A stretch of DNA of 64,000 bases from NCBI GenBank assembly GCA_963663805.2, contig CAXXMR010000020.1, positions 192,001 to 256,000 on the forward strand, in the 5' to 3' direction. Source of the DNA: Sedimentisphaerales bacterium (GTDB lineage Bacteria; Planctomycetota; Phycisphaerae; Sedimentisphaerales; SM23-30). The notes under the pieces were generated by a model. It searched no databases. It was given only the letters and a program-made list of their open reading frames with translations, and had not been told where the DNA came from. This document shows, piece by piece, positions 1 through 12,114 of the stretch (within the stretch, counting starts at the first letter, position 1; the number at the start of each line of letters is the position of its first letter). Made by a program: the position numbers and the translations under genes.

Positions 1-1397
1 GCAGGCTGAGCTTATTTACGAGCAAGGCAGAGAGGCGGTGGTTTTTGTTTTGCTGAGACTGTCGAAACTGGCAGCGGAAAAAAACACAAGGTACGTTAGT
101 TGCCGGCAGTCCGGCTGATCCTTCGTGTCCCTCAGGTCAGAAGCCGGTTTTTGTCAAGCCGAACAAAACAGATAAAAAACGCGGCAAAAAGTTTGGCCGT
201 AAAAAAGGGCATCAAGGTACTCGCCGCAATCTGCCGACCCAAATAGACCGTACCGAAGAACATCGCGCTTCATGTTGTCCGGACTGCGGCGGCGAACTGA
301 AAAAATGTTCCGGCACACGTGAACGAATCATCGAAGACATCCCGGAAGATGTTCGCGTTGAGACGGTAAAGCATGTTATTCATCGCGACTGGTGTCCGAA
401 CTGTCGCAAGGCGGTTGAGCCGATCGTAACCGATGCTCTGCCAAAATCATCTATTGGCAATGGTATTGTGGTTTTGTGTGCCTGGCTCCACTTTGCGTTG
501 GGCAATACGATAGCGCAGATCCTGGAGGTGTTTAATTTTCATCTCCGGTTTAAGATGTCGCCGGGCGGATTAGTCCAGATGTGGCATCGTTTAGCGGATA
601 TACTCCTGGCCTGGTACGAAGAAATAATCGAGGACATTCAAAAAAGCCGGTGTCCTGCACGGCGATGAGACCGGCTGGCGGGTAAACGGTAAAACGCATT
701 GGTTATGGTGCTTTACCAGCCATCAAGCCACGATTTTTACGGTCGAGCAGTCGCGGGCCGGGCCGGTGGTTTTGGAATTTATCAAAGAATGTTTCAACGG
801 CGTGTTCGTAAGTGACTTCTGGTATGCTTACAATGTATTGTCATGCGCCAAACAAAAGTGCCTGGTTCACTTACTGCGTGATTTGGAGCGAGTCTGGAAA
901 GCCAAAGACCACAGCGGCGATTGGCCGAGGTTCTCCAAAAAACTCAAACGATTAATTCGCGACGCGATACGCCTGCGTAAACGCATCGATGAACTGGATG
1001 CGACGGTTTACCAGCGGCGCTGCCAACGAATCGAAAAACGCTTGGATCTTATTATCGCGCATGAGTGGTCGAACAAGGAAGCTCAGCGGTTGATTAAGCG
1101 TTTGAAACGCCATCATGATGAGCTGTTCACTTTTCTGAGCAATCGCGAGGTGCCGTTCGATAATAATTTTGGCGAACGCAGCATTCGCGGCGCGGTGATC
1201 ATGCGAAAGAACAGCTATAACAACCGCAGCGACCGTGGAGCCCGAACGCAATCGGTGCTGATGAGCGTGTTTTTTACCCTGAAACAACGCGGCCTAAACC
1301 CGGTTGCTACCATCAAAAAAGCCCTGCGAACATACATCAAAACCGGCAAATTGCCAAAACTCGCGGAGTTCTCTGCTTCACTTGGCTAAAGTGTTAC
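1..1397 (+). mobile_element. IS66-family element, right part; transposase frameshifted near 645 (CDS remnant ends 1389)
   Basis: Motifs GRKKGHQG, CPDCGGEL, DETGWRVNG, QKCLVHLLR and DNNFGERSIR are spread over different frames; ends in ...GTTAC at 1397 (IS66 termini GTAA...TTAC). Confidence 0.85.
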
Positions 1398-1534
1398 CAA
1401 ATGATGTATTCGTAAGCCTGCTCTGCCAGAGACAGTTTGCGTCGGCCGGCTTTGAATTGCTGATTCACATGATCGAATATCCGGTTCATCGGGATTGCTA
1501 TTTCGCTGGCCAGCTCTCTCTTAAGGTATGGCAT
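1398..1534 (-). pseudogene. 5' fragment of a probable GntR-family regulator, cut by IS66
   Basis: RBS AGAGGA, then MPYLKRELASEIAIPMNRIFDHVNQQFKAGRRKLSLAEQAYEYIIW running into the IS66 end; SLAEQAY resembles a GntR HTH start. Confidence 0.5.
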
Positions 1535-1681
1535 AATTAATTCCTCTCTTAGGCTACAAAACTTAAGCACTTAAGTATGAATTTACCTGATCATCAAACC
1601 CAATGCAATACATTTCTAAAAAACCGCCCAGAAATTAAAAAACACACACGAAAAAATCGTCAAAAATCTATTTATTCGCCC

Positions 1682-2139
1682 CTAAAAAGTCACAGTTGGC
1701 GTTATTCTGGAGGGCATGTGGTAGTAGTAGAAGGGTAAATCCGGGGTGGCCTGGGCGATGATCTGGCAATAATCCACTAAGTCTTTTTCTGTAGAAGGTT
1801 TATAGAAGCAGGGGACCTGGCAGCCAATGTCGTAGCAGTTGGTTTCATGGGCGTGTTGAGCCAGTTTGGCACTTTCAATATAACTTGTATGTCCGACATG
1901 AACAATTATTTTGAAACCATCGGGGGTTGCCTGCTGCCATGCTTTGGTTAGTTCTATTCGCTCACCAATTGATAGCGACATCCCTTCGCCGGTAGTGCCG
2001 CAAATGAAGACGCCGCTGACGCCACCGTTCGCAAGTGATTTGCGTAAATGTTTATCATGGAGAGGTTTAACGGGACATCTTGGTGCATGGGCGTGAAAGG
2101 TGTGGCAATCAAGCCGGTGAGTTTTTCAAAGGCTTTCAT
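1682..2139 (-). pseudogene. DHDPS/N-acetylneuraminate lyase family pseudogene (frameshifted, 3'-truncated)
   Basis: GLIATPFTPM, then frameshift to GVFICGTTGEGMSLS..ER, IIVHVG, YYYHMPS; catalytic Lys region missing. Confidence 0.8.
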
Positions 2140-3654
2140 AGCAATTCCTATTCAAATTGTACTAATGATTGTTAATAACACAATATATACAACACTGCAA
2201 ATCAGTGCTGATTACACGGAAAAGCACCCACAAAAACGTTTTTGTTACAACCTTCTATGAACAAGATGTTTGTGGGTTTGGCGGGCAATATAAACAAAGT
2301 GTATATTTTTGTTGACATTTCGATAATGATTGTGTACACTGCACTAATGATGTTAGTAAAGTCAGATCGTCGTACATTGCGTAAATATGAGCAGGCCAAA
2401 GGTTATATTGTTGAAATGGTTATGCACCGAATAAGAGATATTCTGAACGGTATATTCAGTATCTTCAATTTCACCAGAGAGCACCACCGCGGTATCGGCC
2501 TTCGCTTCATGGCGGCTTTTATTGGGGGCGGGAAATTCAAAACCGCATTCCGGACAGACGGCATACGCCGCGTGGATGAGGGCCTGGCATTCGGGGCACT
2601 CCTTGGCGGGTGCTTCACCGGAACCATTTTTCTCATCTGGACCCGACACGGCGTCCACCGGCCCATGTCGCAGCACATTACCACCATAGTCAAGAATTAA
2701 GCAGTCCCCTTTGCCGGGATGAAGACGAGCGCCGCGCCCGATCATTTGCACATAGAGTCCCACCGAGGCCGTCGGCCGCAATAACACCACACAATCAATA
2801 TTAGTGGCATCAAAACCGGTGGTGAGGACATTCACATTGGCCAGGTACTTCAGGGGCGGTTTGGTTCCATCGAATAAATCCGAAGTGATGGTTTCACCTT
2901 TGAACCGGGCCAATATCTCGGCTCGCTCGATTGCGGGCGTATCACCGGTAACCATACCGCATTCCTGCTGCGAGATTTTACTGATCTCGGCGGCCACATG
3001 TTCACAATGGCTGACACTTGTAGTGAAAATTAGAACACTGTTTCGATTCTCGGTGAGTTCGACAATCTCCCGGCAGGCACTGCGTACCAGATAATCCTGG
3101 TCCATGGCCGCCTCCATCTCGGCGGCAATGAATTCACCGCCCCGGATATGGAGATTATCCAGGCTGGCTTTGGCCTTACCGCTGCGGGACTTAAGTTTGG
3201 CGAGATATCCCTGCACAATCATTTCCCGAATGCCTGCTTCATAACAGATGTGATTCAGAATATTTTCGGGCCTGCAAATAAGACCGCCCTTGAGCCGATA
3301 CGGCGTGGCGGTCGTGCCGACAATCCTGATGTGGGGATTGACAATCTTCGCGTCCTTGAGGAACTGCTGGTACATGGTCTCACTGTCGGGACTAAGCAAA
3401 TGCGCTTCGTCGATAATAATCAGATCGAAGGGGCCCAGTTCGCAGGCGCGCTTATAGATGGACTGGATACCAGCGACAATCACTGGATTGTCTGTATCGC
3501 GGCGGTTCAATCCGGCCGAATAAATCCCCAGTTTAACATCGGAACAGAGCACCTGAATCTTCTCGGCGTTCTGTTCGAGCAGCTCTTTGACATGCGCCAA
3601 AACCAGAACTCGACCGTTCCACAGATTTACCGCATCGGTGACAATCTGGCCTAT

Positions 3655-5639
3655 CCCCAATTTCTCACTTAAGGGGTAAAAAGTGGATTTTTGGCTCCTT
3701 CAGGGCTGTTGGTCTGTCGCCAACAGTGGTGTTATTTTTTGAGCTGACCGCTGTATATTTTCGGTGGCTTTTGCGGCGGCATTTCCATCTTCAAATGGTA
3801 TAGCAGCAATTTCTGATCGCCATCGGGCTCGGTATATCTCTGCATCAGCAGAGTCCTGCCGTCCTGGGTTTCAAAGGACACATCGAGCATCTGGATTCGT
3901 GACATTGTTTCCAAAACGGCCTGGCTGGTTATCCCGCAGGCACTGGCCCGCAGTCTGTGTCTCAAGGTCACTTGCAGACAATAGCTCATAAACGCTACAA
4001 ACACGTGAGCATCGACCCGGTCTTCTTTATGGTGATAGACCGGCCGAACACCCAGATCGCTTTTGAGCTCCCGGAACGCTTGTTCTACATTACATTGCAG
4101 CATATACTCCTGCCAAAGCTCTATGCCATTCTTTCCGGTTTGATTGGTACGCAAAAAGTATGTGCCGTCACGATAAATCATTTCTCGGTATTTGTTCCTA
4201 TCGAATTTATAATCAAACTCACCTTCCTCAATTCTTTCCTTTGGTTTTGGAATTGTAAGAGTAACGCATTTATACGAACTGCCAGCATGATGTTTGAGTT
4301 TGCCCAGCCTTTGCATAAAACGGGCGTAATCACGATATTTCTTCAGCTTCTCCAGACCTTCCAGATAGTCACGCAGCTTGCGCTTACGCATAGCCCGTTC
4401 TTTAGCCATCCGCTCTTTGCTGCGGGCTAGAACATAACATTCACCATCTTTTTCGATATGCTTTATGCGAACACTGTCATTTACATCATGCCAGTTTTTC
4501 ACCGAGAGTTCTTTTGAGAATTCATCCAGTAATTTACGAGGAGTACCAACAAGGTAACCAATGTCATTATCACGCATGTGCTCAAGTACCGCTTCTGTGG
4601 GGATACCCCGGTCCATCAGCCAAACCCTGCCGACTTGGCCGTATTTTGACTCTATCTTGTTCAATAACGGCTTTAGCGTGGTTTTCTCCGAGGTATTACC
4701 CGCCCAGATTTCATAATTAATCGGAAAGCCATCGGGCGTAACTACCAAAGCTATCAGAATCTGCCGACAATCACTTCTGCGATCTTTGCTATGACCAAAT
4801 TTGGCTTTAGGATTCTGTTTGCATAATCCCTCAAAATACGTACTGGTGATATCGTAAAGCAAAATATCGTATTCCAGATTGAACATCATCTGCCAGGTAT
4901 CTTTCAGATAAGAGCAAAGCTCCTCTTTGTAGGGCAATATCCTGTCCAGGCAGCGGTAAAGCCGGTTCTTTTCGGCAACCTCAAAATCACAGTCCAGCAA
5001 TACATCCATTGCGGTTTGAGTAAACCAGTGCTGATGAACATAAAACTCCGCGCCGGGTTTGATAAGACGATTTACCGTCAATAATTTAACGACTTTGGAA
5101 TACTCCACCGAAGATCTTTCGGTGTCTATACGAGCGGACCAGAATTTATCCAGCCCAAGAGTATCCCATATCTCACAGCCCAGCCAACAGTCACCAAATG
5201 TTCGGGGGTTTTCCAGCCGCATCTTTGATAATTTCACGGCAATGGTATCGACATCATGGTGGGCATGATTATCCTGGTCATAAGCAAACAATGATTTGCG
5301 GACAGGCTGGTTATCCTCGTTGATTATCTCAATAGACTTTTCCCAGGACTTCTTTTGCGAATCGGAAATCTCCCCGAGATACAGAACCATCTTCTCCACA
5401 TAACGACCGCGCGAGACTTTACGCTTCTCAGCTATGCTGTAGTAGGTGTTGTACTTGCCGTTCTTCTTTCGCTTGTGCTTCTTCAGGTACATGCACATAT
5501 TATCGCGGCTGAAAAACACCTGGCAATAGGGCAGGTCTGTACCAGAGCCAATATCGAACTAAAATCGCCGCTTACAACTCAAAATCACAGAAAATATTTT
5601 TATTTTTGACGGTTTTGACCGCTAAGTGAGAAATTGGGG
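3655..5639 (-). mobile_element. IS1634-family element
   Basis: Perfect 17-bp IRs CCCCAATTTCTCACTTA / TAAGTGAGAAATTGGGG; 4-bp target duplication CTAT (3651-3654, 5640-5643). Confidence 0.92.
3732..5519 (-). CDS. IS1634-family DDE transposase
   Basis: LYDITSTYFEG, GHSKDRRSD, WLMDRG, VEQAFRELKS..RPVYH. Confidence 0.92.
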   Translation of the reverse strand: MFFSRDNMCMYLKKHKRKKNGKYNTYYSIAEKRKVSRGRYVEKMVLYLGEISDSQKKSWEKSIEIINEDNQPVRKSLFAYDQDNHAHHDVDTIAVKLSKMRLENPRTFGDCWLGCEIWDTLGLDKFWSARIDTERSSVEYSKVVKLLTVNRLIKPGAEFYVHQHWFTQTAMDVLLDCDFEVAEKNRLYRCLDRILPYKEELCSYLKDTWQMMFNLEYDILLYDITSTYFEGLCKQNPKAKFGHSKDRRSDCRQILIALVVTPDGFPINYEIWAGNTSEKTTLKPLLNKIESKYGQVGRVWLMDRGIPTEAVLEHMRDNDIGYLVGTPRKLLDEFSKELSVKNWHDVNDSVRIKHIEKDGECYVLARSKERMAKERAMRKRKLRDYLEGLEKLKKYRDYARFMQRLGKLKHHAGSSYKCVTLTIPKPKERIEEGEFDYKFDRNKYREMIYRDGTYFLRTNQTGKNGIELWQEYMLQCNVEQAFRELKSDLGVRPVYHHKEDRVDAHVFVAFMSYCLQVTLRHRLRASACGITSQAVLETMSRIQMLDVSFETQDGRTLLMQRYTEPDGDQKLLLYHLKMEMPPQKPPKIYSGQLKK

Positions 5640-5837
5640 CTATGATGACGCCCTTGCCCGTTCCGGTAGGCAGCACCACACAGGGATTGTCATCCCTATG
5701 CCGCAGATGCTGATAAACAGCATCTACGGCTTCCTGTTGATAGGGTCTTAATTTAAGCATTTTTCCCTAAATCTTTCTTGACAAGTTGCCAACAATGATA
5801 TATACTTGGATATATAACATTTAAGAGGTTTAATATT

Positions 5838-6068
5838 ATGAATACTGCTAAAATATTCGCTAACGGTCGTAGCCAGGCAGTCAGACTGCCCAAAGAATAC
5901 CGCTTTGACACCGATGAAGTTGGTATTAGTAAAATTGGCAACATGGTGGTCTTATATCCTCTGGATACCGCTTGGGATTTGTTTGCCCAGTCGCTCGGTG
6001 AATTTACGCCTGATTTCATGACAGAACGCAACCAGCCCCGGGAATTTGAAAAACGGAAATCACTCTAA
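5838..6068 (+). CDS. vapB: VapB antitoxin (AbrB/SpoVT fold)
   Basis: AKIFANGRSQAVRLPKEYRF; stop overlaps the vapC start. Confidence 0.93.
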   Translation: MNTAKIFANGRSQAVRLPKEYRFDTDEVGISKIGNMVVLYPLDTAWDLFAQSLGEFTPDFMTERNQPREFEKRKSL

Positions 6069-6469
6069 TGTATATGCTGGATACCAATATCTGTATTGAC
6101 ATTATTCGCAAGAAGAATGCCCGCCTCGTTACCAAGCTATCCTCTTTTTCTCCTGGTGAAATCTGTCTTTCCACCATCGTGCTGGCTGAACTGGAGTTTG
6201 GTGCCGCTAAATGCCGTGATTCAGTCAAAAATACTCGGGCCTTAATCAAGTTTTGTGCTCCCTTTGGAATTCTGCCTTTCGATAATGATGCCGCATATGC
6301 CTATGGCTATGTCCGTTGTCAATTGGAGAGCAAGGGCACACCAATCGGTCCTATGGATACCTTGATTGCTGCCCACGCCTTAGCTTTGGATGCCACCTTG
6401 GTAACCAACAATATGCGCGAGTTCAAACGAGTCAAAGGCCTCAAACTGGAAAACTGGATCAGAAGTTAA
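6068..6469 (+). CDS. vapC: VapC PIN-domain toxin
   Basis: YMLDTNICI, LAELEFG, IGPMDTLIAAHA, LVTNNMREF. Confidence 0.95.
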   Translation: MYMLDTNICIDIIRKKNARLVTKLSSFSPGEICLSTIVLAELEFGAAKCRDSVKNTRALIKFCAPFGILPFDNDAAYAYGYVRCQLESKGTPIGPMDTLIAAHALALDATLVTNNMREFKRVKGLKLENWIRS

Positions 6470-6606
6470 AAAGTCACCACCGTAGTTAGGGCTGCCGCCG
6501 CCAGCCAGTAAATCACCTTCCGCCAGTCGCTGCCCAGGTACATAACCTAGGCCGCCAGGTCTAAAAATATGAGCAGCAGGGGGAATATTTGCGTCTTATC
6601 TATCAT
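6466..6606 (-). pseudogene. Small two-helix membrane protein, phage-like, with an internal TAG
   Basis: MIDKTQIFPLLLIFLDLAA*VMYLGSDWRKVIYWLAAAALTTVVTF; co-oriented with the helicase. Confidence 0.45.
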
Positions 6607-6682
6607 TTGTTCCTCTTGATTTCGTATGCGAATAAAGATTTGGGTTTACCATTAATAATCTCTGCGTCGCCCTCTTCGACCG

Positions 6683-9551
6683 CGTAGTAGGTAAATAATC
6701 ATCCGAAGCTAAAATGCGGTAATTTCTGGAAGTTACCGGCAAAAATATAGCGAAATTTGATCGGATTTTTGGGCACTTTTAGTGCTGACTTGCTCTTTGA
6801 CAATTAAATATCGATTTCGGCGTATACCGGTAGCGGCAAAGTTGTATGCTTTGACAAATGGTTACGCTGCTTTGCGGTGGTAGGATTTAAGTAATCCGCC
6901 GAGTCGTTCGATGCAGAAGATTTCGCCGGTGTTACCTTCGTACCTGGGATTGATGATTTTACCAAGCCCCTGATGAACACGACCGGTGTGATAATACTCA
7001 AGGAATTCTTGAGACTGTAGCATAGATACCGGCATTTTTAATGAGATTTTCGCAAATTAGCCGATAAAACTCCTGGAAGAACAGACCAGTGGAATTTTCC
7101 AGGAGAGACGATTATGGCTGGGCCAGGCGAATACGTATCCGATATAACCGAAGGTATTACTGGTGTTGAAGATTTACCGAAAGCAAAAATCAAACGGCGT
7201 TCACGCACCTACAAAAAGCGTCCTTGCCCCCATTGCGGCCACTCGTCGTATCGAGACAAAGTCTTCAGGCGAAAACTGCATGACCTCGGAGACCTGGCTG
7301 CCAACCGTCCCATCGAGATTTGGGTCAGCTATTCACAGCATCGTTGTTCAAAATGCAAACGATACTTCAATGCCGACCTCACTGATCTTGCGGACCCCGG
7401 CTGTCACTATACCCGTCGGGTTGTTCACCTGGCCGTGCGTTTGGTTGTGGAGGACGGCCTGCCGTACCGCCCGGCATCATGGCACTTGTGGCGAGACCAC
7501 AGAGTTTTTGTCCCTTGGGCTACAATTCAAAACTGGGTTGAGGCGACGGGGAAAAAAAGCTGAGCAACGAATTACAACTGAGTACCTTGATGGTGTTCTG
7601 GCTGATTTCTCCGGCTATATTGCAGCGGACGAATTATATGATGGGCCATTCTGCGTCTTATCCATAGTGGATAACCACACCTTCAAACGGCTCATCTACG
7701 AGGTTCTTGACCATAATCCCACTCATGAAGATATAACAAACTTTTCCTTTCGGTTTCGGACCGAACTGGTACAAAGAACGCTGACATTACGGGGTGTTAC
7801 GACCGACGGCTCGCCTTTATATCCGGAGCCATTGGCGCTGATATTTCCTGACGCTGCTCATCAGGTGTGCGAATTTCATGTCCTCAAGGAGATCAACAGA
7901 GAAATACTCAAAGCTGTTACGAAAGTACGACGAGAGCTCAAGGCAAAGTTGCCCAAGCTGAAACGTGGCCGTCCATCGTCTTCTTCCGCGAAGAAAGCGG
8001 CATCACGCAAGAAGAAACAGGAAAAGAAAATTGCCGATCTGTTTGAGCACAGATATTTATTTGTACAACATTCATTGAGTTCGAAGGATAAGAAGAAGTT
8101 TTTGCATATAACCAGAGGCTTGCCAAACCTGAGAAATTTACGCTCGATCATGGATCAGGTTTATCGTCTTTTTGACCGTCGTTGTCGAACGGAAACGGCA
8201 TTGGAAAAGTTGGCTGTGTTACGCCGGCGAATTGGGCGATTCAAAACCTTGCGACAGACTCTTAAGAAATTGTTCACCCCCAATATCGAAAAGGCGTTGA
8301 CCTTCCTTGATGATTCACAACTGCCGTCAACGTCCAACGCGGTTGAACGGGGCTATCGCCGCCATCGAAAAATGCAGAAGAGTGTCTATCGAGTGCGAAC
8401 TCAAACCAATATCAGCCAGCGGGTGGCTATTGATATGCAGCGTGACGAGCAGTCCCAAGGCCGTTTACGAACTACAACAACACTTCATGAAGAAAGGACT
8501 GGAATGCTATGTTGCCGGTAAAGATGCTACAGAGTCAAATTCTTTAAGAACATATCGCAATTGCGATTCTGATGTCAGGATAAGATGGTTGAAAGCTTCT
8601 TCTTTTATTGTCCTCACGAAGCGTTCGGCGAAAGAATTCAAATTCGGGCTCTTGGGCGGCAACTTAATACATTCAACGCCGGCAGATTTTAAGATACTGG
8701 CGAAGTTTTGCGTGAACAGTGAATCACGGTCATGGATGAGATATTTCTTGTTATTCAAAAAGCCATTTTCACAGTCAGTAATGTTCCGAGCTATCTGTTC
8801 CATCCAGGCACCATCGGGGTCACATTTGACACCAAGGATTTCCACTCTGCGAGTCGACAGTTCAATCGCAAACAGCACCATGTATCGTATTAACCCTTTA
8901 GGTGTAGCAATTTCCACAGAGAAGAAATCGCAAGCGGTTATAACATCGAAATGACTTTTGAGAAATAGCTTCCAGGTTGGCGTGGCATCGGGTTCCGGAT
9001 CGTAGCCATGACGAACCAGAATATTACGGACTGAAGTTCTACTTACTTCAATGTCGAGGGAGTTGATCACATCACAAATCCTTTTAGCTCCCCACCGCGG
9101 ATTTTCTTCTCTAAGTCTCAGGACTAACTTTACAATTTCATGATAGATTTGCGGCCTACCCGGCTTGCGATGCGGTGCAGTATACTTTTGGGCAATAAGC
9201 TTTCTATACCAGCCAAGGATGGTTGTGGGAGCGTGAGTCAGCGAAGTTCTCTCCAGCATTTCTGCCGACAGTTTCTTTGCCTTACGAGCAAGTCTCCTGC
9301 GTTGGCTATCATTGAGCAATAATCGCTTGCCGGGCTGTCGCTCTTCTAGCAGAACAAATATCTGAACTTTCTGAAAATCAAGAGCATGATACAATTCCCT
9401 GTTTATCAAGTACGCCACATAGCTGGCAAAAGCAACCAGAAGTCGGTGTTTCATAGTTGTCAATCATACCCTCCGAAAGCAATTAGTCTGCGTCATAAAC
9501 ATCAATACTCTTAATGCCTGATTTTCAAGCCATTATACCTTATGCGGGACA
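6683..9551 (-). mobile_element. rve (integrase-core; IS481/IS3-like) element; transposase 6862-9463 interrupted by the element at 7011-8536; ends approximate
   Basis: ACDFF, LIHDRDS, PNLNSFAERFVRTIKEE..YVLKEF resumes in frame as LEYYHTGRVHQGLG..RLGGLLKSYHRKAA* at 6862-7002; TGTCCCGCATAA on the minus strand at 9551. Confidence 0.75.
7011..8536 (+). mobile_element. IS with zinc-finger/DDE transposase (IS256/ISH6/ISL3-like), in two ORFs 7114-7563 and ~7550-8521
   Basis: Imperfect 24-bp IRs GAGACTGTAGCATAGATACCGGCA / GACTCTGTAGCATCTTTACCGGCA; 8-bp near-TSD GAATTCTT/AAATTCTT; CPHCG, ADELYD, TTDG, HQVCEFH, TSNAVER; +1 shift at G4A7. Confidence 0.8.
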
Positions 9552-9649
9552 ATTCGCAAGCCCCCCCTACCACCCTGCTTACCCAGTTGCTATTTACCCT
9601 AAATCCGCTATAATGCCCCCATAAGGTAAAGGCGTCCATATTGGAAGCT

Positions 9650-9772
9650 ATGTATATGAAAGAATTTATACCAAAATTTACAATAACTAACACGATGACC
9701 GAAGCTTTGACCCGTATCGAGCGGGCTTGTGGTATTCTAGAGAATGCTGTACTCCCAGAGGCTAGCCGATGA
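9650..9772 (+). pseudogene. N-terminal remnant of a second Fic-like gene
   Basis: [31 protein letters not shown] resembles Fic N-termini (PxF/YTIT), including that of the adjacent gene. Confidence 0.4.
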
Positions 9773-10773
9773 GTTATCAGCCACCATATACCATTACACC
9801 TGCAATCATCACGCTAATTGAGCAAATTGGAGAGGCACTTGGCAAGTTGTCACTGCTGGACAAGTCGCAGGATTTGCGATTGCGGCGGATTCACCGCATC
9901 CAGACCATTCACGGCTCACTGGCTATCGAGGGCAATACGCTCACAGAGGAACAGATCAGTACCATTCTTGATGGCAAGCCGGTTGTCGCCCCGCCTCGTG
10001 AAGTGCAGGAAGTGCGTAACGCCATCAAAGCATACGACGCATTTCAGGCCTGGAATCCTGCAAGCAAAACCGACCTGCTCAAGGCCCATGAAATCCTGAT
10101 GACGGGACTGCTTGACGCGCCCGGCCAGTATCGCACCAGTAGCGTTGGTGTGGGTGGTTCAGGCGGAATTGTTCATGTTGCCCCGCCTGCCAAACGAGTG
10201 CCAGAACTGATGGCTAACCTGCTGGGTTGGCTGAAAACAACCGACCAACACGCACTGATTAAAAGCTGTGTCTTTCATTATGAGTTTGAGTTTATCCATC
10301 CCTTCATCGATGGCAATGGCCGCTTGGGCAGACTGTGGCAAACTCTCATCCTAAACCGATGGAACTCCTTATTTGCTGATATTCCCGTGGAAAGCATAGT
10401 CTATGCCCATCAACAGGAATATTACACAGCTATCGCTAAAAGCTCAAAAGATGGGCAATCCACTGTGTTTATTACCTTTATGCTGGAGATGATTTGGGAT
10501 AAAATTCAATCATTCCGCGATGCTACCCCCCAAGTGGCCCCGCAAGACGCCCCCCAAGTTAAAAAGCTTTTCCAGGTGCTTATTGGCGAGATGAGCCGGG
10601 AGGAAATACTTTCTGCTTTGGGGTTGAAAGATCGCAAATCGATGACTGAACGCTACCTCAGACCGGCACTGGCGGCAGGCTTAATAGAAATGACCATTCC
10701 TGACAAACCCAACAGCCGTAACCAGAAATACCGTTTGACCACCAAGGGCAAGCAATTTATGGAGGGTAGATGA
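9769..10773 (+). CDS. Fic-domain protein with C-terminal wHTH
   Basis: SLAIEGN inhibitory motif; [26 protein letters not shown]. Confidence 0.93.
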   Translation: MSYQPPYTITPAIITLIEQIGEALGKLSLLDKSQDLRLRRIHRIQTIHGSLAIEGNTLTEEQISTILDGKPVVAPPREVQEVRNAIKAYDAFQAWNPASKTDLLKAHEILMTGLLDAPGQYRTSSVGVGGSGGIVHVAPPAKRVPELMANLLGWLKTTDQHALIKSCVFHYEFEFIHPFIDGNGRLGRLWQTLILNRWNSLFADIPVESIVYAHQQEYYTAIAKSSKDGQSTVFITFMLEMIWDKIQSFRDATPQVAPQDAPQVKKLFQVLIGEMSREEILSALGLKDRKSMTERYLRPALAAGLIEMTIPDKPNSRNQKYRLTTKGKQFMEGR

Positions 10774-10822
10774 TTAATACTTGCGACAAACTTATGACAC
10801 AACTTGCGACAGGCCGTTAGAA

Positions 10823-11033
10823 CTGTAAACGTCGGTTGAAAAGTGCGTCGGTGGGCGGGGCGGTTTAAAATTGCGGCACCTCATTAAAAATGCCGAAGAA
10901 GTCAGGTGATATAAGTTGCTTGTTTTTGGAGGCTTACGAGGTGTACGTTGATATGAGATTTTGGAATGAGATTCGCCAACGGGTATTGGTCAAAGGTGTC
11001 AGCAAGCGTCAGATTCTGCGTGAGACGGGCATC
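10823..11033 (+). mobile_element. Left end of an IS21 element with truncated istA 5' fragment
   Basis: TGTAAACGTCGGTTGAAAAGTGCGTCGGTGGGCGG matches 19192 exactly; VYVDMRFWNEIRQRVLVKGVSKRQILRETGI. Confidence 0.8.
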
Positions 11034-11577
11034 CAATAACGCCAAAAACAGGAGGCTTTTTCCCCCTCAACCGAAGATGAGGAACAAGGGAAACAAGACA
11101 GTAACACACCAGACGATTAACGGCTCGATTAGGGTTACTGGAAAGCAGAAAGGAACGTCGCATAGCGTGCCATTAAATAAACTCACTCACGATGTTGTGC
11201 TTCTTGCGTTTTTTTTCTTGTTTTTTGTCACTTAGTGACATACACTCGCTGTTGGAGGTTGGGCATCGGATGGTTATGCTGGTTTTTGGAAAGCTGTAAG
11301 CTTTGGCCGGTCGAATGTGCTTGTCGCCAGTTGGATTGGTGGGTAAAAGGAGCAAATATAAGATTTGCTTCTCCAAGGGGATGTTGTTTAGTTTTTTTGT
11401 ATTAACTCTCAGAATGATCGAATGTTATGCGATATCGGCGATTAATCTGTAGCCTACCGAAATTTCTGCCAACTCGATTATTTCTAATATTTCGAGTTTG
11501 CTCTTGGAGGTTAAGAATAATTTTCATATAATCATATCGTGTTGTGTGGGTTTGTATTGTAGGGACATAGTGGTTGG

Positions 11578-12111
11578 ATGACGGAAGAGGTAGGTGTTCA
11601 TAACCGGGTTCGCATCGCTACAGAAATATTTGTAGAACATGAGAATTATATAAAAAAAGTCATCAGAAGTAAGGTTTACGACCATCAATTGGAGCGTGAC
11701 TTGTACCAGGAGTTTTTTCTTACCCTTGTAAAAACTCCTATCCCTAATACAGTTAAAAATATTCGGGGATATCTTTACATGATTTTAACAAGGGATATTA
11801 TTGATGCTTCCCGGCAGGAAATACGATATAAAAAAAATATACAAAAATACGCCGAGAATCATCGGCATCGTAAATTTTATATTGAACAAGATACTATCGA
11901 AAACAGGGATGAAATTAGTAAAGTTTTTGACGCAATGAGCAACTATCTTTCCGAGCGAGAAATGGATGCGGTTGTACTAAGGTATAAGCTGGATTATACG
12001 ACCCAAGAAGTGGCTGAAAAATTATCCGTTAAGCCTCAAACTGTAAGCAGATATGTATCCGTAAGCTTAAGTAAAATAAGGCAGCGGCTGGATGTGAATA
12101 TAAGGGGCTGA
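11578..12111 (+). CDS. ECF-type sigma-70 factor
   Basis: Region 2 DLYQEFFL..GYLYMILTRDIID; region 4 LSEREMDAVVLRY..TTQEVAEKL. Confidence 0.88.
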   Translation: MTEEVGVHNRVRIATEIFVEHENYIKKVIRSKVYDHQLERDLYQEFFLTLVKTPIPNTVKNIRGYLYMILTRDIIDASRQEIRYKKNIQKYAENHRHRKFYIEQDTIENRDEISKVFDAMSNYLSEREMDAVVLRYKLDYTTQEVAEKLSVKPQTVSRYVSVSLSKIRQRLDVNIRG

Positions 12112-12114
12112 TAT

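Larger units (their letters stand above)
2362..5760 (-). pseudogene. Phage-type DEAD/ResIII (RadD/YejH-like) helicase split by IS1634 and C-terminally truncated
   Basis: LRPYQ..LPTGTGKGVII (5640-5760) rejoins in frame with GQIVTD..DEAH..TAT..QMIGRGAR..CPEC/CPEC once the IS is removed. Confidence 0.9.
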
